Made by a program: the position numbers and the translations under genes
Notes under the pieces: model-generated
What the model saw: only the letters and a program-made list of their open reading frames with translations
Told to the model about the DNA's origin: nothing
The model's database searches: none
Sequence record: OP123707.1
DNA: 64,000 nucleotides
Strand: one strand, 5' to 3'
Part shown: positions 50,100 to 59,357 of the stretch, piece by piece
Numbering within the stretch: position 1 is the first letter of the stretch
How the letters are laid out: every line of letters begins with the position of its first letter

Positions 50100-50833
50100 G
50101 TGAAGAATTAAAAGAACAAGTGTTTGAAGAACTGAAAGGTTATTTGGCTAACATTCGTACTGTTCGATTGGGTGCGGACGAAGAACTTTATGAATGGGTT
50201 TGCGGCCTCACTGAAGAAAAACTTGCGTGTTTACCGGAGTCGTTCTCGTTTGAGATTGTCAGTGGTAAGCACCACTTCTTGTTCCCGGTAAGCAAACCAC
50301 AACAGGACGCAGTTAAACTCTTTGGGTCGGTTCCTGAGGTAACAATATCTGATCGTGAACCTTATTTGGAAACTCCAGAGGACGTGCTACGAGCTATTGT
50401 TGTACGTTCATATAAAGAGAAGGGATACGTTTCTACAGTCATAGCTAATCTCATTGCGGCGTTTAGTGCGGATGAAATGTACCCTATCATCTTTGAGGCC
50501 AAGGTCAATAAACGACTATTGATCATCAGCATCACTGATGGTAGTAAACTCAGTATCCCGGATGAAGAGTTCAACCAACTCTATGTTCACGCTCGACCAC
50601 TATCAGATCATCCTGAGGACACCGAGGAAGGTCCAGTGACTTCATCAGACCAGATGTTCGAAGAAGTGTCTGAAGCGATGCAGGAAGCCATACAGGAAGA
50701 AATAGAACCACCTCTACCTGAACGCTGTACTATGGCGACCACGGAGACGGGAAGATACGCCGTAGAAGTGTATCGTGAATTCCCTAATCGTGAAGCAGCT
50801 TTAAACTTCATGAAAGCGCAACTTGATTTATAA
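50096..50833 (+). CDS. Hypothetical acidic protein
   Basis: 245 aa, GTGA overlap and GAGGA RBS. Confidence 0.7.
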   Translation: MSEELKEQVFEELKGYLANIRTVRLGADEELYEWVCGLTEEKLACLPESFSFEIVSGKHHFLFPVSKPQQDAVKLFGSVPEVTISDREPYLETPEDVLRAIVVRSYKEKGYVSTVIANLIAAFSADEMYPIIFEAKVNKRLLIISITDGSKLSIPDEEFNQLYVHARPLSDHPEDTEEGPVTSSDQMFEEVSEAMQEAIQEEIEPPLPERCTMATTETGRYAVEVYREFPNREAALNFMKAQLDL

Positions 50834-50839
50834 TGTATC

Positions 50840-50871
50840 CTACTCCTCTCCCTATTACGGGAGAGGAGTAG
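50840..50871 (+). terminator. Hairpin terminator (ACTCCT-related family)
   Basis: CTACTCCTCTCCC/GGGAGAGGAGTAG 13-bp stem, with a T-rich tract further downstream. Confidence 0.75.
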
Positions 50872-50904
50872 TGTTGTGGTTCTTTATTTTTTAACATACA
50901 GATT

Positions 50905-50922
50905 ATTTCAGACCTATATAGT
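50905..50922 (+). promoter_or_regulatory. Early promoter motif ATTTCAGACCTATATAGT
   Basis: 16 of 18 identical to the motif at 43225, and both are preceded by ATT. Confidence 0.75.
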
Positions 50923-50988
50923 CTAGGTGTATAAGCATATACATATTTAACTTTCAATCTATCTAACCTTATTAAAGAGGAACTTATT

Positions 50989-51438
50989 ATGATTAACGCT
51001 GCAACTAACACTGAAAAAACTGTTGAAGAAATCGCTCAAGATCTACTAAACAAAGTACAGGAAGATCAAAAGGCTCCATCAACATCTGGTCGCAAAGGTT
51101 ACAATGGTTACGTTCTTGTCGGTGGCGCAATTGGCGCGGCAGGCACAGCGGCACTAACTCAAAACCCTGTATCAGCAATCGGTGGTCTAGCAACTACGCT
51201 AGTAGCTTCATACTTCTTCTCTCAAGAAGATCGCGAAGGAAGCTTCGTTAAAGACGGAGGCATCGGCCTAGCTGCTGGTGTGGCTGGCACTTTAGCTTGC
51301 GACTTAGGTATGAGCAAATTTAACAGTGGTGACGAAAGTGACACACCAACAGAGAATGAATCTGGTGTCGCACTTGAAGTCACAATGGACTCAGATCCAG
51401 AAGCATCACTTGAGTCTTTCCTAAAATCATTTCAATAA
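50989..51438 (+). CDS. Glycine-zipper membrane protein A
   Basis: VLVGGAIGAAGTAAL...GGIGLAAGVAGTLA flanked by acidic segments; GAGGA RBS. Confidence 0.7.
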   Translation: MINAATNTEKTVEEIAQDLLNKVQEDQKAPSTSGRKGYNGYVLVGGAIGAAGTAALTQNPVSAIGGLATTLVASYFFSQEDREGSFVKDGGIGLAAGVAGTLACDLGMSKFNSGDESDTPTENESGVALEVTMDSDPEASLESFLKSFQ

Positions 51439-51450
51439 GAGTACAGCATT

Positions 51451-51906
51451 ATGAGCATCCACGGTCAGAACATCCAAGAAGTACCAGCAGTAGAAACTAA
51501 CCCATCAGTAGATCCAATCGTTTACCAAACGAACACAGAAGGCAACAATATCATGGAAGAAGAACTAAGCAAGATTCTGGGTGAAGTTGAAGAAGAACAA
51601 TCAACTCCAGTAGAGTCTGTTGAAGAAGATGACAAAAAGGTTATCTCTAAAACACTTTACGTTTCACCAGAACGCATGCTAGCAGGTATCGCAGGCACCA
51701 TGTGTGGTGCGGTAGCAACTAATAGCAACACCGCAGTGATCACTGGTACACTAGCTTCTATGGCGGTATCGGTGTCTACTGAACCTAGTGATGAAGAGAA
51801 ATCACTAACTAAAGAAATCGGCATCGGTCTAGTAACGGGCCTAGCAGGTTCTACAATTGGTGGTCTCCTAGCTAACATGCTATCGTCTAGCAAAGCAGAA
51901 GCGTAA
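51451..51906 (+). CDS. Glycine-zipper membrane protein B, paralog of A
   Basis: LAGIAGTMCGAVA...EIGIGLVTGLAGSTIGG aligns with protein A. Confidence 0.7.
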   Translation: MSIHGQNIQEVPAVETNPSVDPIVYQTNTEGNNIMEEELSKILGEVEEEQSTPVESVEEDDKKVISKTLYVSPERMLAGIAGTMCGAVATNSNTAVITGTLASMAVSVSTEPSDEEKSLTKEIGIGLVTGLAGSTIGGLLANMLSSSKAEA

Positions 51907-51981
51907 TGATTTAGAATGTTATGGGTCGAGAGGCCCATAACTTCTTTACTTTATTTTTTTGTTCTAGTTAAGGTTATAACT

Positions 51982-52347
51982 ATGTGTAGTGGCGTCTTAA
52001 GTCATCCAGTCCCTTTCCTATCTTTAGGCTTAACGTTAGGAGAGATCGACGACTTCAAAACGAAGCTAGATAAAATCCGTATAATGGAAAACCTTCCTTT
52101 AGACATTGCGCACCACGACCACACGTTATGTGTGGAGATGTTGTACGTGAAACAATGGTATCGAGGAGATCCAGAACTTACTCAGTTGGTGGCAACTTTA
52201 TTTTTATCATGGACGTCCATCGATGGAACAGTCAAAGGGATTTTAGATCGAGCTCAACGTTACTTTTACCTTTTAGGTGATATCAACTTTAAGTTCTTCG
52301 AACACCTTACCGTTCTGTACAATGATTATATCAAGCAAAAGCAATAA
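51982..52347 (+). CDS. Hypothetical protein
   Basis: Start moved to ATG 51982 (AAGG 8 nt upstream). Confidence 0.55.
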   Translation: MCSGVLSHPVPFLSLGLTLGEIDDFKTKLDKIRIMENLPLDIAHHDHTLCVEMLYVKQWYRGDPELTQLVATLFLSWTSIDGTVKGILDRAQRYFYLLGDINFKFFEHLTVLYNDYIKQKQ

Positions 52348-52348
52348 T

Positions 52349-52381
52349 ACTTACCTACCGTCCTCAGGACGGTAGGTAAGT
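52349..52381. terminator. Bidirectional terminator
   Basis: 15-bp stem ACTTACCTACCGTCC/GGACGGTAGGTAAGT between convergent genes. Confidence 0.85.
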
Positions 52382-52397
52382 TATCGTATTATTTTTT

Positions 52398-55286
52398 TTA
52401 CGCTAGATCGTCGTCTTCAGGGTTAGGTTCTTCCTCTTCTTCCGACTCTTCCTCTTCAACAGCAGGTTCTTCCTCCTCCTCTTCTGATTCAGGGTCTTCT
52501 TCTCCGGTTTCCTCTTCTTCCTGTTCGAAATCTAGTTCGTCTTCTGGTTGTTCTGGTTCGTCTCCGAGGGACTCTTCTTCCTCGAACTCGTCGGAACCAC
52601 CAATCGGATCTTCTTCATCGGTTTGACCAAACTCATCATCTTCTAATTCACCTTTCGGTTTCGGCATCATCTTAATGAACTTCTCCGAACGCTTATCGAA
52701 TTGTTTCTTGTATTCCACCATGAACATCGACAAGTTCTCATTGAAGTAATCCAGATCGTTCAGCAGCGAGTACATACCACCTTCACGACCTTTGTTGATG
52801 ATGTCATCAAACGGTGTAGGAACGTTAAACAATTTGAATGCACGGAAACGAATCACCGCCGCGAACTGTTTGGTGATCTCTTCAGGATCCAGTTCCTCAG
52901 TATCAATGCCCGCACGACGTAACAACGGTTCCATCAAACCTTTCGTTGCAGACATTTCGATGACCTTCTCAGACCAATCTTCCGCCAACTCCATTTTCTC
53001 TTTGATCTTATTCACAGATTCCATGGTAGTTGGTTCAGGGAGCTCTACGTAGAAGTTCTGTAAGAAGTCATTCAAAACAACCATGACTTTCTCACGGTCT
53101 TCGCCCTTGATCTCCTTCTTAGAGTCCGGGACCCATAGGTTCTTCGGTGACTCCATAATGACATCAATCAAACGGTTCATGACCAACTCATTCACCATGA
53201 CGTCTTTACGAATGATGTCTGAGATCATAGCACCTAAGTTAGATTGGTACATGATGGTTTGGTTACGTAACGTTTCTTGTTCGCTCAATGCTTCGATTTG
53301 GAAGTTGTTACCGTTCTCATCACGTTCGTCCAGCCAGCTGCGAGGAAGACCAAAAGTGTTCGCAATCGAGCTCAACAAGTATTGACGAGAATCTTCGTCT
53401 ACACGTTTAAACCCGGTACGGTCAATCTGGTTCAACTGCATCTGAGGTGCTGTGATGAATTTGTTGTCACCCGCTTCTACACGTACCAACAACGATTGTT
53501 CTTTCAACGCATCCACGATCATCGGCATCGACAACGTACCTGTAGAGATCAGGTTATGGACGGTTGGGTTCGATTTAAAGAACTCGTAACGTGCCATACT
53601 GATCGTCGAATCAGGGTCAGTGTCTTGAGCTTCCAACGCCACGACTAACTCATTACGAGTTTGTGCGTTATCTAACTGCGCCAATGCATCCGCCACGTCC
53701 AACGCCGCTAAGCGAGCGATGAAGTCTTTTGCTTGAGTAGTCAAAGACTCACCAATACCCAAACGGTTGTGTTGGAACGCCATGTACGTAAAGTAACATT
53801 CTGGGATGTAAAGAACACGAGTACGTTGTTGTTGGAATGCGCGCTCTAGGAACAACTTCAATACCGACTCTTCCAAATCGATAGAAACGTCTTCACCGTC
53901 ACCACCAGACCAGACTGCCTGATACAGTTCTTTCTCAATTTGAGTTTTCGCAATCATCGCGAACTCAGACATATCGAAATCACATTCACCACCTTGCTGA
54001 ACTTTACGCAAGTTAGCAATCAAGGTATTGGTGTCTGTACCACTTGGTTTGTCATCGATCTTATTGTTCTGTGCAGAAATCGATTGGTAGAACTGATAGT
54101 CTTTCGACATCTTCAAGAACTCACCGTTGTCATCGATCAATGCATAACCACCACGCAAACGGTTCACATCACCATGTACGTGCACTGGGATGAAACATTC
54201 ACTTGGTAAGTGGTATCGCAATGGAGTGCCCCAAGGACGTTGAGTGTAAACGTTCGGCTTACGAATCGATTGAGTCGTCTTGGTTGCGAAGCTACGCTGA
54301 CCTGGCATGGCTTGTTGCAGTGCTTCTTGTTGCGCTAAGTTCAGGTTATAAGTTTTCGAACCTGGGTTAGGTTGGTCTTTACCTTTCTTCTCTTCTTTAC
54401 GATGTAGTTCATCCGTTTTATTAAAACGGTTTTCGATGTAAGAAGCGGTAGACTCCATACCCCCTACTTGATGTAAACGACTTTGAACACGCTGACGCAT
54501 GTTACGAAGTGATAAACACGCCGGGTTATCGGTCACCGTGATACCGAAAGACTTATCGATGATAGGGTATTCGTAATCGTCATCAGCAGGTTTGCCCCAG
54601 ATCGATTCCATTCCACCAACGTCACTGGTATTCGGGTTACGGACAAAACCCACGTTCTTCGCAAACAACGTCTTTTTATCAAACAAGCTGTCTTCTTTAA
54701 AGTCTTTCTTAATACCACCTTCGACTTCTTTACGGAAAACCTCTTGGTCAAAAGACTCCGTGCCTTCTACCAATTGGTTGCCATTGATTAAGTTGTCCAG
54801 TGCTGGACGAGTCAATGCCAGCTTAACGTAACTACCACTACCAACCAATAAGTCTCTCACCATGTTAGGGAGTTCTTGCTCGATTTTATAGTCGTTGGTG
54901 TAGTATTCACTCAAGACCTTTAATAAGCTTTCATGTAACTTGGTGTTTTTAAACTGAGACGCGTTAGTATCGTACTCTAAGATGTTTCTCTTGGCACCGT
55001 TTGGGTGCAGGATTAACGTCTTCCAAATGATCTCCGCTTTGGTTATGTACGGAGTGATTTTCTTCAAGTCCACTGTTGCATTAATGGACGTAGCGATGAT
55101 ATCACCTAAGTTTTTAAGCTTTCGGTTCTGAACACGACGCAGTTGTTCTTCTTCGTCCCCCCTTCCAGCGGGACGTGTTTCTTCAACGCGTACATTCAAA
55201 ATGGCTTCTAGCGACTTAGGTATCCTCGTAACGTTCTTACGCAATTGTGTAAGATCAGTACGCTGATTACCTCTAGTTTTTGACAT
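52398..55286 (-). CDS. Portal protein (phiKZ gp129-like)
   Basis: 962 aa, divergent from the gp128-like gene; internal EGTE/GGME/GGME sites and a long acidic tail, matching the processed portals of this group. Confidence 0.72.
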   Translation of the reverse strand: MSKTRGNQRTDLTQLRKNVTRIPKSLEAILNVRVEETRPAGRGDEEEQLRRVQNRKLKNLGDIIATSINATVDLKKITPYITKAEIIWKTLILHPNGAKRNILEYDTNASQFKNTKLHESLLKVLSEYYTNDYKIEQELPNMVRDLLVGSGSYVKLALTRPALDNLINGNQLVEGTESFDQEVFRKEVEGGIKKDFKEDSLFDKKTLFAKNVGFVRNPNTSDVGGMESIWGKPADDDYEYPIIDKSFGITVTDNPACLSLRNMRQRVQSRLHQVGGMESTASYIENRFNKTDELHRKEEKKGKDQPNPGSKTYNLNLAQQEALQQAMPGQRSFATKTTQSIRKPNVYTQRPWGTPLRYHLPSECFIPVHVHGDVNRLRGGYALIDDNGEFLKMSKDYQFYQSISAQNNKIDDKPSGTDTNTLIANLRKVQQGGECDFDMSEFAMIAKTQIEKELYQAVWSGGDGEDVSIDLEESVLKLFLERAFQQQRTRVLYIPECYFTYMAFQHNRLGIGESLTTQAKDFIARLAALDVADALAQLDNAQTRNELVVALEAQDTDPDSTISMARYEFFKSNPTVHNLISTGTLSMPMIVDALKEQSLLVRVEAGDNKFITAPQMQLNQIDRTGFKRVDEDSRQYLLSSIANTFGLPRSWLDERDENGNNFQIEALSEQETLRNQTIMYQSNLGAMISDIIRKDVMVNELVMNRLIDVIMESPKNLWVPDSKKEIKGEDREKVMVVLNDFLQNFYVELPEPTTMESVNKIKEKMELAEDWSEKVIEMSATKGLMEPLLRRAGIDTEELDPEEITKQFAAVIRFRAFKLFNVPTPFDDIINKGREGGMYSLLNDLDYFNENLSMFMVEYKKQFDKRSEKFIKMMPKPKGELEDDEFGQTDEEDPIGGSDEFEEEESLGDEPEQPEDELDFEQEEEETGEEDPESEEEEEEPAVEEEESEEEEEPNPEDDDLA
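52401..52650 (-). repeat. Low-complexity Glu/Asp/Pro-rich C-terminal tail of the portal
   Basis: TCT/TCC/TTC-rich plus strand encoding ...EQEEEETGEEDPESEEEEEEPAVEEEESEEEEEPNPEDDDLA. Confidence 0.85.
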
Positions 55287-55306
55287 AACACCCTCTTGGA
55301 TAAATT

Positions 55307-57415
55307 ATGGAAAATATTGAATTTAACGCCCACGTGGAGAGCGTATTCAGTCTGGTGCGAACACTGGTTATTAAATGTGAAGCCATAGGCGTCACTGATA
55401 ATCAGTTATTAGCGAACGCGGGTTATCCGGTATCAGAAGATAAGCGCCAGTGGCGTTATTATCTCAATATGAACGGAGAGTACCACGCGACGGATACCCC
55501 GATGTACGTTACCTCTATCGATAACGGCGAACAAATACTCTTCACTAAAGCGAACCTCGATATCCACTTGGCTACACGCCGAGCATATCAACCGGGTTCG
55601 TATTGGTATAAGCAATTATCCGACCAACACCCAGGTCAAATCGACTTAATCAACGGGATTATGGATCCCATTGATATGGAATACGCCATTGGAGCCGAAG
55701 ACTATAAGATCTTACGTTACAATAAAGATCTGATCGAAACCAATGAAGATCAGTTGATTCCGGGGTTACAACGTTGGATTAAAGCTTACACCCAACGTCA
55801 TTTTGAAAGTGACTACATTCACACTGAAAACTTACAACTCCCTATTGATCTGGCTACCATGTACGGATTAATGGTTCCTCTTATATTGATCGTGCGGTTA
55901 GAAGCTTACGGAACTCGTAACGTATCTGACTACCATGTCTGGAACCGTCTGAACTCTTACGGGGATTTCCGGGTCTATCGTAACGGCATTTCTGATCAAC
56001 AGAAAATGTGGTTGTATCGCAACATCGAATACATCACCAATAACCTAGGTAAGAACTTTACTTTAGAACAATTGATCGACAACCTATTAACCCCAGAGTC
56101 CATCCCAATCTTCCACTACCGTACCTTAATCAACACGGAAGCCATGGAAGAAGGTGGACAAGCTAACGGACTGTTCATTAAAGAGCGTTTGAACTTTAAA
56201 GAACTGGAGTACGACACCGGAGAACGTTTCACGAACCGTCAAATCATTAACCTCGAAAAACGCATGGCGCGAGATAATGAGATCATGGCGGAATGGTTTG
56301 ATGAAGTCACCATCCCGGAATCCAAAGAATCGACCTTTAACGATTTGTCGACGAAGGTGCTGGACTCTACCATGGAAGACTACACCAACCGACACGCTGA
56401 CACGCTCATGAAGACGTTGTACCATGAATGGATCTACATGACCAAGCACGGACTCTATGACGCCGTGGTCAACTTTGTGGACCCGATTAATGGTAACCAC
56501 ATTCGTCTAAATACTCGAGACGCGTTGATCTACTGGCAGTTGTTGACCCGCAAACTTCGTGATGAACCATTGGAAGCAGTCGACCCATTCTGGTTCCAAG
56601 ACGTCATGACCCGAGTATTACGTCCTCATGAAGTCTTCCAAGCGGCTGGTCCTTCTGAAACTCTGGACCATGAAACGGTCGTGGCGATTCGTAAGCAGTG
56701 GGTTCCAACTCTGAAAGTCATCTCTCCGGATAAATTCTTCGAGCAATGTTTCGGAATCCATCAAGCGAAATGGCAAGCGAAAAAGATCTACTCACAATAC
56801 GACGAACTTTACCAGAACGCATTTACTCGTGAATGTGTCCGTCGTTTGTATGACCATGGTCTTTACTGGCTACACGATCCAGAAACCCACCCTACCGTCC
56901 AGTCATGGTTGGATGACAAAGAACTGAGCTTAGCGGAATATAACATCCCGGAACTGATCGAGTTAAGTTGGACCATATTCTCCAAGGCAACCGGTTGGGA
57001 TGTGAAAGGGATAGTTTCGTTGCGAGAGATTCAAGGTAACTTGGTTTCTTTGGTATCGGAACTCAGCTCATACACGGTGCAGTTCTTACGGGACATCGAT
57101 GATGGCAACACCATCGCTGAACGTACTGAAAACATTCACTTGGGATTGAGTGGACAGAACTTGTTAAGTAATGTGGGGAACTACCTACTTAACCCGATTC
57201 TTCCAGCGCATGTGAAAGCCCATCCAAAACCTGGCTTAGTTTCATCGATTACTCGAGTCGATAATCGTAACCATGATGAAACCCTGATAACTCGAATGGA
57301 AGGGTATTGTCACAGTGAGATTGACATCAAATTGAACGAAGTGGTGGAAGACCGTCACGTCGTCATGAAGATCCCAGTTGACATTGGAGTTCGGGAAGCT
57401 ACCTGGGCGTATTAA
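55307..57415 (+). CDS. Virion structural protein (phiKZ gp128-like)
   Basis: 702 aa; synteny and size. Confidence 0.6.
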   Translation: MENIEFNAHVESVFSLVRTLVIKCEAIGVTDNQLLANAGYPVSEDKRQWRYYLNMNGEYHATDTPMYVTSIDNGEQILFTKANLDIHLATRRAYQPGSYWYKQLSDQHPGQIDLINGIMDPIDMEYAIGAEDYKILRYNKDLIETNEDQLIPGLQRWIKAYTQRHFESDYIHTENLQLPIDLATMYGLMVPLILIVRLEAYGTRNVSDYHVWNRLNSYGDFRVYRNGISDQQKMWLYRNIEYITNNLGKNFTLEQLIDNLLTPESIPIFHYRTLINTEAMEEGGQANGLFIKERLNFKELEYDTGERFTNRQIINLEKRMARDNEIMAEWFDEVTIPESKESTFNDLSTKVLDSTMEDYTNRHADTLMKTLYHEWIYMTKHGLYDAVVNFVDPINGNHIRLNTRDALIYWQLLTRKLRDEPLEAVDPFWFQDVMTRVLRPHEVFQAAGPSETLDHETVVAIRKQWVPTLKVISPDKFFEQCFGIHQAKWQAKKIYSQYDELYQNAFTRECVRRLYDHGLYWLHDPETHPTVQSWLDDKELSLAEYNIPELIELSWTIFSKATGWDVKGIVSLREIQGNLVSLVSELSSYTVQFLRDIDDGNTIAERTENIHLGLSGQNLLSNVGNYLLNPILPAHVKAHPKPGLVSSITRVDNRNHDETLITRMEGYCHSEIDIKLNEVVEDRHVVMKIPVDIGVREATWAY

Positions 57416-57479
57416 TTTATCACCCGTACCGTAATGGTATGATACGACACATTATTAGATCATTCAAGGATCCTTCAAC

Positions 57480-58394
57480 ATGGCAATTGAAAACGACATT
57501 ATCAGAGAATCTGATAACTCACGCGTCCCAGCGCAGATGGTCAGCACCCAACCAATGGGTACGAACATCATGATCGCTAAAGCGTGTAACAAGTCTCTCA
57601 ACATCCCACCGAACACCACCCTCAACGAACACCATGAAGTTGAAGCGAGTAAATCGGTCGGCGTAAAGAACGGCATCGACTTTAAGTTGGGTTATTTCGG
57701 CGTAGGCATCAAAGGTTACCAAATTGTTGGTAATCACCCGGTAACACAAATCCCGGTAAACTACACCAACCAACACCAGCCGTTCGATCAAAACCTGTTC
57801 TACCCAATCCCAATGTGTGCACGTCCTATCGATGACGATCTAACCGAACAAGAACGTGATGCTTACCGTATGCGTACTGTTAAGATCATCGATGGTGTTC
57901 CTACCGCTTTCTATTGGTTACATACCGTAGGTGATGCGGAGTTTAACCCTAAGACCAAACGTGGTTACCGTAACCCAGCGACGGGTAACGAAGTTCCTGA
58001 AGATTACGTGTACCGTCCAGAGTCATTAAACCCAACTACGATTGCCTTGAGTTCAGATGGTACCGTGCCGCTATCAAACACGTACTTGATGTCTTCAGGT
58101 CTGCTGGATTTGTCATTAAACGGCACTCAGCTTGAAGAACTGCGTAACGTATGTCGTCTGTTGTTTGGTGACCCATCATTGGCTGCAATCAGCGAATACC
58201 AAATCGTGTGGGGTATCGAATCTACCACAGAAGGTCAAGGTCCTGGTGGTACTACGTTCCGTTACAAAGAGTTAATCTCCGCGGTAACGGCATACGTAGT
58301 GTCTGAACGTCATGCTCGCGACGCCAACGCGAACGGTGATATTGTTCTGAAATATGACTTGGGTGCTGCGTACCCAATGTTGATGGAAGAATGA
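57480..58394 (+). CDS. Virion structural protein (phiKZ gp139-like)
   Basis: 304 aa, AAGGA RBS, directly upstream of RuvC. Confidence 0.6.
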   Translation: MAIENDIIRESDNSRVPAQMVSTQPMGTNIMIAKACNKSLNIPPNTTLNEHHEVEASKSVGVKNGIDFKLGYFGVGIKGYQIVGNHPVTQIPVNYTNQHQPFDQNLFYPIPMCARPIDDDLTEQERDAYRMRTVKIIDGVPTAFYWLHTVGDAEFNPKTKRGYRNPATGNEVPEDYVYRPESLNPTTIALSSDGTVPLSNTYLMSSGLLDLSLNGTQLEELRNVCRLLFGDPSLAAISEYQIVWGIESTTEGQGPGGTTFRYKELISAVTAYVVSERHARDANANGDIVLKYDLGAAYPMLMEE

Positions 58395-58993
58395 TTGTAA
58401 CTCCTCTTGAAGACGGATGGATTCGTTCCATCGCCATAGACCCATCGACCATGCGGATGGGTGTATCGGTACTAGATGTCAACCTAGCAGAGACTGAGAA
58501 GTTCAAACTCCAATGGGTGGAAACCATCCACGGTGAGAAATTGGAACACTTTGATTCAGTCAACTACGCGGATGACAACGCTGTGCAATCTCGTATGCAC
58601 GGCCTCTCTAAGAGCTACCGCCAACTCTTAGAGTTCTTTAAACCCACTATTGCTGCTTGTGAAGATAACTTCTTAGGAAGATCCCCAGACACCTTTAAAC
58701 GTTTGATTGAAGTGGTGTCGTTACTCCGTATGCAAACGGAATCCTACGGGAATGGTTTGTACATGGTGAACGTTCCACCGAGAGCCGCTAAAGAGACGGT
58801 AGGGGCTAATTTCAAAGGCACACAAAAAGAAGACGTAACCAAAGGGATTAAGAAATACCAATCCATTGATCTCAATGGTTACGACTTAGACGTGTTAGAT
58901 GAACACTCCATCGATGCTATAGCGATAAACTTAAACGTATGTGAAAGAATCGCTAAAGATCGAGGAAAGTTCTATGACAACGTCAAAAGCTAA
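58391..58993 (+). CDS. ruvC: RuvC-like Holliday junction resolvase
   Basis: IAIDPS (catalytic D), ACED (catalytic E) and HSIDAIAI (catalytic D) in RuvC spacing. Confidence 0.85.
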   Translation: MIVTPLEDGWIRSIAIDPSTMRMGVSVLDVNLAETEKFKLQWVETIHGEKLEHFDSVNYADDNAVQSRMHGLSKSYRQLLEFFKPTIAACEDNFLGRSPDTFKRLIEVVSLLRMQTESYGNGLYMVNVPPRAAKETVGANFKGTQKEDVTKGIKKYQSIDLNGYDLDVLDEHSIDAIAINLNVCERIAKDRGKFYDNVKS

Positions 58994-59345
58994 AGAGGGA
59001 CCAATCCCTTCTACTGAAGACATCGTTTTAGGGAAATGGGGAACGCGGTTCCGCACACTGTGTGGTATCATCGCGGTATTCACCACATGTTGGGTATCAT
59101 ACTCCGGTATGTCATCCATCGTGGCCTCTGTGGAATCAGGCAAAGGTTGGCCGAGCGATATGACGGTGTTTTTGATCGTCTTTGGTCCGGTCGCAATTGC
59201 GTGGCAATACATGAGTGTGAATAAACTCCTTTCCTTGTTGTTCAGTTCTAATGATCCTAATGCCGTAAATATTAAAGACCGCTTACGGGGGTTCTTAGAT
59301 CCGAATAATAAACCTTCAGTAAAACCCGGGGAAAGTTCTCCATAA
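58974..59345 (+). CDS. Two-TM membrane protein, holin candidate
   Basis: Start moved to ATG 58974 (GAGGA RBS); TMs TLCGIIAVFTTCWVSYSGM and MTVFLIVFGPVAIAWQYM; charged C-tail. Confidence 0.5.
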   Translation: MTTSKAKEGPIPSTEDIVLGKWGTRFRTLCGIIAVFTTCWVSYSGMSSIVASVESGKGWPSDMTVFLIVFGPVAIAWQYMSVNKLLSLLFSSNDPNAVNIKDRLRGFLDPNNKPSVKPGESSP

Positions 59346-59357
59346 TAAAAAGAAATA

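Noticed and set aside
50808-51193. Minus-strand ORFs across the 50.8-51.2 kb spacer
   Set aside because: They overlap a terminator, a promoter and the sense gene; no RBS.
57464-57791. Minus-strand ORFs opposite the gp139-like gene
   Set aside because: Fully antisense to a well-formed gene.
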